A stretch of 12,507 nucleotides of DNA from Leidyana gryllorum EB-2025a (GCA_048772705.1 JBLWGC010000222.1:1-12507); one strand, 5' to 3'; counted from the first letter of the stretch, positions 1 to 7,639 are shown. Made by a program: numbers and translations. The notes: generated by a model from the sequence alone, not told the origin.

Positions 1-2781
1 CGGGTGTCTGCTGGTGGATGGTGCCAATTGTACGCCGAGTGAGCGAGCCATTTCTTGCCATATGCCCGCCATGAATCTTCGATCTCTGTCCGAAACAATC
101 TTCCTGGGTACCCCGTGAACTCTGACTATGTTCTCCATAAATAGTTGGGCTGTTTCGGCCGCTGTGATTGTCTTGTTGCAGGTTATCAAACGGACTCGGC
201 GAGTCAACCTGTCCACGACTACCATGAGGTAGTCTTTTCCTGACTCCCTGTCTTTTGGTAACTCCAAGAAGTCAATCCCCACTTCTACCCATGGAAGTGT
301 GGGATTACCGAGCGGGTGGAGAAGTCCATACGGCCGGTGGCTCCTCTTCTTCGCCTTTTGGCAGATTTCACATGTCCTGCAGTAGTTTATCACGTCGGCG
401 AGTAGTCCTCGCCATGCAAACAATGCCCTGATTCGTCCTGCAGTCTTATCTGCTGCTAAATGGCCAGCCAATCTGCTGTCGTGGTTGTCTCGAATTATGC
501 GGCGTATGATGTGTTCATCGGGAGGCACTTCTATACAGCCATCCTCCGTCACCGGTAGGTCACGAATCCATCGTATAGTACCACACCTACCCGCCTTGTC
601 AACGTTCGTTCTCCAAGCTTCTCTCAGCTCCGATTCCAGGCAGCTTATCTCCGCGCTTTGCCTCTCATCCCCTTCGTCGATCTCTGCCGTCGGTTGTCGC
701 TCTGTCGTTCCGTTCGTACTCTGTAGTCGTTCGTTCGTGTCGTAGGGGGCTCCCCCCCCGTCAATCGTCGCTGTTCCAGCTTCCGGCTCGTCGGCCCGGT
801 CGCTTTCCGTGTTGAAACATTCGTGGAGTGTTTGTGTTCGCGCTTTCGGTCGCGGTCGGCTCAAAAGATCCGCCAAAATATTTTGCGTACCCGGAATGTA
901 TCCGATCTGTAAATCGAGCTCGGCCAAGGTCAACATCCACCTTGCCTGCCTGTCGGACAGGTGCGGTTGCTTTAGTAAGTGTATCAATGGCTTGTGGTCT
1001 GTCATGACCTTCACCGTTCTTCCCACCATCAGATGTCGCCAGTGCCGGCAGGCCTTCACGATAGCCAGCATCTCTCTCTCGTGGACCGGGTACCTCGTTT
1101 GTGCTGGAGAAAGTATCGATGACAGGTAATCGATGGGTTCTAGACCTTCTTCACCCTCCTGTTGTAGGACTGCTCCGATAGCGTACTGACTTGCATCGGT
1201 ATGTAGAATGAGCGGCTCCGGGCCCGGTCGCGGAAACTTCAGCATTGGAGCGTTGCGTAAGCCGTCTTTCAGCAGCTCGATTGCTCGTTCGGCTTCCCCA
1301 CAGTGAGTTATTGGATCGTTGGGCTTCTTCAATCCCTTTCCAAGGGCGTACAGTGGTCTCGCCAATTTGGCGAACTCGGGTATGTATCGCCGATAGTAAT
1401 TGAGCATCCCCATGATTCGCTGTAGGTCCTGCAGTTTCTTTGGGAAGGTGATGTTGACCAGGTTTTCTATCTTCGCTGCGATGGGCCGTATGCCCCCTTC
1501 ACCAATGACGTGACCGACATATTCCAATGACTTCTTAAAGAAGTGTGACTTCCTTTGATGTATGATCAGTCTATGTTGTTGTAAACGTTGGAGAACCGCA
1601 TCCAAGTCTCGCTCGTGTTGTTCCGCTGTTCTTGAGAATACTAGTACATCGTCTAAATAGACGAAAACACATTGGCCAATCAGCTCTTGTAGCACCATAT
1701 TCATTAATTGCATGAAGGTGGCGGGTGCATTCGTTAGTCCGTTCGGCATCACGTTCCACTGATACAGCCCCCACGGAGTCGCGAAGGCTGTGAGGTGGCG
1801 GGATGCTGGATGCATTTGTACCTGATGATATCCGGATCGAAGATCGAGACTTGACAGCCATTCTGCACCTGACAGCATTTGTACAGCTTCTTCAATGGTG
1901 GGCATCAATGATGCAGTTTTGATCGTAGCTGCATTCAGGCGTCTATAGTCGCAAACGAGCCTGGGTGTCGTCGTATCCTTCTTGGGTACGAACATGCACG
2001 GTGATGCCCAGCTCGATGTACTGAGGGTGATCTTCCCTTCTTTGACTAGACGCAGCAGTTGTGTTCTCATTTCTTGGATGTACGCCTGTGGTACCTTATA
2101 GGGTCTTCCTATATATGGTTTCGTGTTCGGGTTTATCAAGTGTATTTCGTGATCCACGCATGGTCTGCTCGGGGGCATGGGTGCTGTGTTCGCTATGAGT
2201 TGGGCGTATTTCTCGGTTAGTAAGTACCGATACTTCATTGGTATATCGAGTGTTGCTACTAATGGTTCCATATTGCTCGCTCGTTTGCTTTCGAGGCAAT
2301 TGACTTGCCCTTCAGTCGTCCACCAGTCCGCGAGTGTCTCGGTCACCGGTGCCACGGTATCCTCGATGATACACAACCGTTCCCTCTTGTCCGTTTTGAT
2401 GCATAGTCGCAGGCTGACGATCAAGTCCGTTGAGATGATGAGGTCATATGGTATTCCTTCCAACTCGGCGGCTTGGATTTGCCTACATTGGCCTTTTGCT
2501 GTGGTGAGTATCATCTTCACCATCCTGGCCGCCGTTGTTCCGTGGGCTGAATGTACCTTTTCGTAAGTCCCCGTAGCAGGAAGCATTAGTTGCCGACTTG
2601 TAGTCGCATTCACACAAGCTATCGAGGCTCCCGTATCCACTAACACGCATGCCTCCTGTCGTACGTTTGTGGTCGGATGACCTATAGTCCACCGAGTGGT
2701 AAGTGTTGGGTGCTGGGCTTCACTTCGCCATCCTCCCCTTCCAGATCGTGCACCAGGCGTCCGGGGGGATGATGAAAATCC
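1..2781 (-). CDS. pol: Pol polyprotein of element A (protease, RT, RNase H, integrase), partial at the window edge, in the -1 frame relative to gag
   Basis: Hand translation in one frame: VLVDTGAS (protease), PRLVCDYRRLN, LDLRSGYHQ, MPNGLTNAPATF, VYLDD (YLDD 1648..1659), LHTDASQYAIG / HEREMLA / MTDHKPL / ADLLSR (RNase H), H-x6-H...CRTC zinc motif, GIDFLELP and IVSDRD (integrase). The frame opens after a TGA at 2827..2829. It is missing from the ORF track, consistent with having no stop before base 1. Confidence 0.95.
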
Positions 2782-3848
2782 TGATCCATCGTGAGGGAAA
2801 ATACTTTTCGGTTGCCCTGAGCTCGGTCAGTCCGGGACGGGTCGCGTACTGCCGAAGGCCTGTCGTCCCTCGGGTGCGGACACTTCCAAGCTGGGTGTTC
2901 GGTTGCTCCACAGTTGAAGCAACGCCGTTCGGCCACGCATTGTTGATGCGTGTATGGGCATCTCCTTCCAACTCGCTTCGGCGTAATTCTGGTAGCAAAG
3001 CAGTGTTCGGTACGGTTGCGCTTGGTGCTATTCACAATTGCTTCATATTGTAGTGCTCGGATACAGATCGTATCAATATCTTCTGCTATGAATGGAGCCA
3101 GGGCCTGCCTGTCTGCCGGCGGCAATCCTTCCAGGAACAGATTAACACGAGTCTGCCGTTCCACTCCGTCCTTGAGACCCCTGCTGATACTCCGAAATTG
3201 GTCGACGTACTGGCTCATACTGTCGGTTTTGCTCAATTTTGTTAGCCGCGTCAGGTCGTCCTGTACTGTAGTGATCGTGTCAAACTCCGCCATTATCTTG
3301 TCGCAGAAACTCTTCCAAGTGTCCTGTATCATCTGTGGTCTTGCCAGAAGCCATCGTGCGGCGGATCCCGTGAGGAGGGTGCATGTCGCTTGTACTTTCG
3401 CCTTGTCGTTGGTGATGCCGTGAGCCAGGAATCGAACATTGCATCCATCAAGCCAATCGCGAGCTCGTGGTGCTGCATCACCACTGAAGCTCTGGTGCTT
3501 CTTCAGTGCTGTTTCCGCTCCCTTTATCGCTTCACTGATAGCGATTTGTCCTCTGTCCCCCCCCTGCTCTATCTGATCGGTCGCGGGCTTCAGTCGGTTG
3601 CGTATTTCATTCTCAAGCTCCACTATTCTTTGTTCTAGTCTATTTTCTGCCTCTGTCGGGGGTGTGGTAACTCCGTCTACTTCCGGATATGCGCCTGTAG
3701 CCTTCTTCGTTGATCCTATGGCTTTGTTCCTCGATCTGCTGTGCTGTCGATCTGGAGCACTGCTACCAGTGTAAGCGGTTCCCCCGCCAGTGGTGTCGGT
3801 AAGTGGTTGCCGGTGGGGGCGTTTGCTACTACGTAATTCCAGTGGCAT
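2682..3848 (-). CDS. gag: Gag of element A (coiled-coil region, retrotransposon capsid domain, CCHC zinc knuckle)
   Basis: 390-aa ORF 2682..3854 (TTG start in the track; first ATG at 3848). Motifs FSGD..ARDWL, LTGSAARW, TWKSFC..I..EF, YVDQFR, FLEGL and CFNCGATEHPAWKC. Confidence 0.93.
   Translation of the reverse strand: MPLELRSSKRPHRQPLTDTTGGGTAYTGSSAPDRQHSRSRNKAIGSTKKATGAYPEVDGVTTPPTEAENRLEQRIVELENEIRNRLKPATDQIEQGGDRGQIAISEAIKGAETALKKHQSFSGDAAPRARDWLDGCNVRFLAHGITNDKAKVQATCTLLTGSAARWLLARPQMIQDTWKSFCDKIMAEFDTITTVQDDLTRLTKLSKTDSMSQYVDQFRSISRGLKDGVERQTRVNLFLEGLPPADRQALAPFIAEDIDTICIRALQYEAIVNSTKRNRTEHCFATRITPKRVGRRCPYTHQQCVAERRCFNCGATEHPAWKCPHPRDDRPSAVRDPSRTDRAQGNRKVFSLTMDQDFHHPPGRLVHDLEGEDGEVKPSTQHLPLGGL
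2775..2781 (-). promoter_or_regulatory. -1 ribosomal frameshift slippery heptamer G_GAT_TTT (element A)
   Basis: CAG GAT TTT in the gag frame, inside the gag/pol overlap (2682..2826). Pol is in the -1 frame. A potential stem-loop follows (2729..2771). Confidence 0.8.
3757..3768 (-). promoter_or_regulatory. Primer-binding site TGGTAGCAGTGC (probably initiator tRNA-Met), element A
   Basis: Starts with TGG one base after the LTR end ...TTACA. The same 12-mer follows the 5' LTR of element B. It resembles known iMet PBS sequences (TGGTAGC...). Confidence 0.85.
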
Positions 3849-4009
3849 CTGCAAGCGGTTCCAGACTTAATAAAAACGTGTTTGTAAGTTGCGCGTCTCC
3901 GTGTGTGCCGGTTTGCCGGTCATCGGAGACGTGATCTATTATACTGGACCAGCTCTGGCTGGCCAGGGACTAAGCAAAACAGGGCTATGTAGTGTGACTG
4001 GGGTCTACA
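3770..4009 (-). repeat. 5' LTR of element A (240 bp, TGTAGAC...GCTTACA)
   Basis: Bounded by the PBS on one side and by the exact start of family-B pol sequence on the other, with TGTA/TACA terminal inverted repeat. The second LTR is outside the window. Confidence 0.85.
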
Positions 4010-4699
4010 GGGCTCATCAACTACTACCGGCGATTCATTCCCCACTTCGCTCACCTTGCCACTCCTCTGTACGACGCCATGATCGGCCTGAAAGACCCGA
4101 AAGCGCCCATTAAAGCAACCACCGACCTTGCTACCGCCTGGACCGCCCTCAAAGCCCAATTACTTACAGCCCCGACGTTAGGGTACATACCTATGAAGAC
4201 CTCACAACTCCACCTCTACACCGACGCTAGCGCCCGCGCCATCGGCGCCACTTTGGAATACGACGAAGGGGAAGGGAAAGACAGGAAACCAGCCGATTTC
4301 TACTCGCACGCCTTGACGGATGTCGAACAGCGCTACCCGACTCACGAAAGAGAATTGCTCGCAGTGGTGTTCGCCACTCGCCACTGGAGACACCTGCTCG
4401 TGGGAAGAGAGGTCATCGTCCATACGGACCACCGACCCCTCATATACTTAATGAAACAACCTCACCTCTCAGACCGGCAGGCTCGGTGGCTCCTCACCCT
4501 GGCAGAATATCACATCCAATTCGAATATGTCAAGGGATGCGAAAACATCATTGCTGACCTACTTAGTCGACCGAGCCCCGCCACTGCCTCCGCCAAACCA
4601 ACCACGGCCGCAACAATCCTCCTACTGAGCGCAGACGCAAATCCATTACGACAAACCGACACCGCTGACTTACCGCCGCCAGACTCCGCCTCCGCATCC

Positions 4700-4846
4700 G
4701 ACGAAATACGCAATTCCGCCTCGCCGCTACCGCAAGACGACGAAATACGCAACTCCACTCCGCCGATACCGCCAAACACTCTAACGACCGACAATCATCA
4801 CACGAACCGCCGAAACGAAAATTCGCAACGAAACGAAATTTTACAT
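4700..4846 (+). repeat. Short in-frame tandem duplications in the RNase H-integrase linker (mirrored at 9106..9252)
   Basis: 39-bp imperfect repeat GACGAAATACGCAA... at 4700 and 4739 (DEIRNS x2). 18-bp imperfect repeat CGAAACGAAA... at 4811 and 4829. Confidence 0.8.
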
Positions 4847-6300
4847 CAAACTCAGCCACAGACCCAACTCCCACCGATACACAACCGCCTGCTGAGATCG
4901 TGGCGCATCCGAACTCATGAAGCAGGCGCATGCGGGCCTATATCATGGATCAACGACTTGCCAATCACGGAGGAGGGCTGTATAGAAGTACCACTGGATC
5001 CCAAACTGATCTACGACATCATCGATGAAGCCCATTCCACCCTTGCCGCCGGACACTACGGACCCCAGAAGACGGCTAACCGGATACGCGCTACTTTCAC
5101 CTGGCCTGGACTGACCAACGACGTGGCCCAATTCTGTCGACAATGCCAGGTCTGTCAGTTAGGTAAGCAGAGGCGCCACCGCCCCCTCGGCCTCCTAAAT
5201 CCCCTCAACATACCCTCACAACCATGGGTCGAGGTCCACATGGACTTTTTGGAGCTACCACCAGATACGCGGACGGGACACAACTACCTCATGGTCGTAG
5301 TTGACCGTCTTTCGCGAAGGGCGCGGCTTATACCGTGCCAAAAGTCTATCGACGCAGCATCCACAGCCCGACTCTTCCTTGATCACATTGTGAAACTTCA
5401 TGGGCTCCCCCAACGAATCATCTCTGACCGCGACGTCAGGTTCATGTCCAACCTCTGGCGTTCCCTCTTCCAAGGCCTGGGAACCACGTTGGCGTTTACC
5501 ACGGCGTACCATCCCCAGACCAACGGTCTGGCAGAACGCACCAACCAGTCTGTCCTCCAACTGCTTAAACTCTCAATGGAAGGACTGAGGGACGAATGGA
5601 CGCATCTAGTCCCGGCTATTGAAATAGCGTTCAATTCCAGCACCAGTAAGTCCTCGAACTTTACACCGTTCGAGATAGACAACGGACGCCCCATGGCCCT
5701 TCCCCACTCCCAGTGGGCACTCTCGCTCACCCGATCTAACGCGGCCCAAGCCCCCCTCTACCTTGAACGGCTGCAAGAAGCTCGTGACCGCCTCCACCAC
5801 GCCCGCGACCTCATGAAGACCCAAGGCGACTGCCGCCGCGTACCCTGCACTTTCAACCTCAACGACCTAGTGCTCCTACGCACTCGAAAACTCTCCCACG
5901 TCCCCCAGCACAAGCTAGCCCTCCCCTTCTGTGGACCCTTTCGAATCCTCCAGCGCTTGCCAGGCGATGTCTACCAGCTTGAGCTCCCGAACGATTGGCG
6001 AATATCCCCCCGCTTTCACGTTTCACGATTAGAGCCCTTTACGTGTGACATCAACCCGACGCCTCCGAACACGACCAACACCCCCCACTCTCCCGCTGAA
6101 CCGGAACTATATATCATGGAACAGGTTTTAGGTGAAGAACTCACCGACGACGGCCTCAAGTACCTCGTCAAGTGGCGAGGATACGCCAACCCAACCTGGG
6201 AGCCCGCCGAACACGTACTGGAAGCAGATGGGCAAGATCTGATTGCTGCCTTCCACAGAAGCTATTCCACTCGGAACCCCCGCAACCCCTACACTGATCT

Positions 6301-6312
6301 GGAAGGGAGGGA
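6301..6312 (+). promoter_or_regulatory. Polypurine tract GGAAGGGAGGGA of B'
   Basis: 12 purines immediately followed by TGTTAGC, the inferred LTR start. Confidence 0.8.
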
Positions 6313-6600
6313 TGTTAGCACTCCAATTCCCCTCCTCGACCAACCCCCGCAGCTACCCCCCGGCACCGGCACTCAGCGGGGCGGCCGACTACTGCGTACC
6401 AGGTAGGAAACCCTCCCAGAAGTCTGTAACCTGTTGGCCGGAGCCAATCCGGCAAATTGCGTGTCTCGACCCGGGCCGGCCGGCCGGAGACACAACAACA
6501 CACGTGTGTACTTACCTTTTCGTTGCGTGCCGCGAACCAGAATTACCGTCGAGATCAACCATGCCTCCTAGAAAGAACAGTGAAGCCCGCGGGGCTGAAA
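6313..6600 (+). repeat. 3' LTR of B' (288 bp, TGTTAGC...GCTGAAA)
   Basis: The sequence recurs at 7352..7639 and 12243..12507. The 3' end is fixed by divergence of the flanks and by the PBS position. The 5' end is inferred from PPT+TG. Confidence 0.9.
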
Positions 6601-7351
6601 GGTCGGGCTCACCCTTGCGGGTTTCGCCGACCTGCACAACTGCTACCAGTGTAAGAGTCGCTTCCGTTCTGAGGGGGAGCCTCTGTTGTTGGCTCCGACT
6701 AGTTTGCCTGTAACCTTTGGTTCGGCGTTTCGGTCGGCTTCGATGGCTGTTGTGACTGCTGTTTGCTTTTGGATTATGTGGTTTATGTGGTTGTTTATCG
6801 CTGCATTGTACTGTGTTTGCGTGTTTGCGACTGTTTAGCTTTCAATTCTCTACACGTTCCGGTTGCTGTAGCGTGCGCAAGTAAGGTCTGATGTGGTGTG
6901 TATTGTGCTAATAAAAGACTGTGACGATATAGCTGTGTTGCTTAGTATGTTGACAGGTATCGTGCTTGTTATGTATTGATTGGTGAGACTATATGAGCTG
7001 GAGATGCATGATTGTATGAGTGTATGGCGTGTATTTTGGTAACTGTGCTGTGATGTGTAGTATGCTCAGTTTGCTAAAGTGAATATGGAGCAACTTGGAA
7101 GGTTATGTGTGAGTGATATTGGTTTAGATGGTTTGTCTGTTAGGTGTGAAGGGTCTAGAGTGAGTCAGCGATTCGCTCGTTAAGTGAGGGAGTATTTGGA
7201 GAGGTATGAAAGCTTGTAATGCTAGATATAGGGGAATCAAATACATCGGAGTTGAATTGAGAGTGTTGAGAAGAATGTCGTGAGTCCAATGCGTATCGTG
7301 GACGTTATGTATTGGAGTGAATGGGTATCTGTAAGAATATGTGTATGGGGT
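6601..7351 (-). mobile_element. Remnant of a third LTR element (C): leader, PBS and LTR 3' end at 6650; upstream LTR boundary undetermined
   Basis: LTR end and PBS signature. The region is non-coding and strongly G+T skewed on the plus strand. A candidate LTR start TGTAGAG lies at 6854 but cannot be verified; the remainder may be LTR or host DNA. Confidence 0.55.
6639..6648 (-). promoter_or_regulatory. Primer-binding site TGGTAGCAGT of a third element (C)
   Basis: 6639..6655 is identical over 17 nt to the LTR-end/PBS junction of A (3759..3775): CTTACA-C-TGGTAGCAGT on the minus strand. Confidence 0.72.
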
Positions 7352-7639
7352 TTTCAGCCCCGCGGGCTTCACTGTTCTTTCTAGGAGGCATGGTTGATCT
7401 CGACGGTAATTCTGGTTCGCGGCACGCAACGAAAAGGTAAGTACACACGTGTGTTGTTGTGTCTCCGGCCGGCCGGCCCGGGTCGAGACACGCAATTTGC
7501 CGGATTGGCTCCGGCCAACAGGTTACAGACTTCTGGGAGGGTTTCCTACCTGGTACGCAGTAGTCGGCCGCCCCGCTGAGTGCCGGTGCCGGGGGGTAGC
7601 TGCGGGGGTTGGTCGAGGAGGGGAATTGGAGTGCTAACA
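7352..7639 (-). repeat. 3' LTR of element B
   Basis: Reverse complement of 6313..6600 and direct repeat of 12243..12507. Confidence 0.9.

Larger units (their letters stand above)
1..4009 (-). mobile_element. Ty3/gypsy LTR retrotransposon, element A (5' LTR-PBS-gag-pol; 3' part beyond the left edge)
   Basis: Order on minus strand: LTR (TGTA...TACA), PBS, gag with CCHC knuckle, then protease-RT-RNase H-integrase (gypsy order). The right boundary at 4009/4010 abuts the pol sequence of another element. Confidence 0.96.
4010..6406 (+). pseudogene. pol: 3' part of pol of B' (RT connection, RNase H, integrase with GPF motif, chromodomain), cut off from its 5' part by insertion of A
   Basis: The frame is open from 4010 (GLINYYRRFIPHF) through the 775-aa track ORF 4079..6406. 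Motifs LYTDAS, HERELLA, VHTDH, ADLLSR, HHCC, MDFLEL / ISDRD / GLAER, PFCGPF and YIMEQVL...YLVKWRGY..PTWEPAEHV. Confidence 0.93.
4010..6600 (+). mobile_element. Chromovirus-type Ty3/gypsy element B' (3' half; interrupted by element A)
   Basis: Reverse complement of 7352..9942. Contains RNase H, integrase, chromodomain, PPT and 3' LTR. Confidence 0.96.

Noticed and set aside
2679-2684. Stop-codon readthrough at the gag TAG of A
   Set aside because: The gag frame hits another TAG 14 codons later, and the protease motif is in the -1 frame.
485-3638. Plus-strand ORFs (485..745, 809..1129, 2177..2566, 2703..3053, 2950..3423, 3390..3638) and short off-frame minus-strand ORFs
   Set aside because: They are antisense or alternate-frame shadows of gag/pol of A with no recognisable motifs.
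3773-3862. 10-bp direct repeat AAGCGGTTCC at 3773 and 3853 in LTR A
   Set aside because: Real but short, with no counterpart in B; it cannot be distinguished from chance or a small duplication.
4079-6406. 775-aa ORF as a stand-alone RNase H-integrase gene
   Set aside because: The ATG is an internal Met of pol (same position inside the 963-aa ORF); the 5' part was displaced by insertion of A.
6601-6650. Hammerhead ribozyme (minus-strand CGAAAC...GT hairpin)
   Set aside because: There is no CUGANGA box and the would-be cleavage triplet is GUG rather than NUH.
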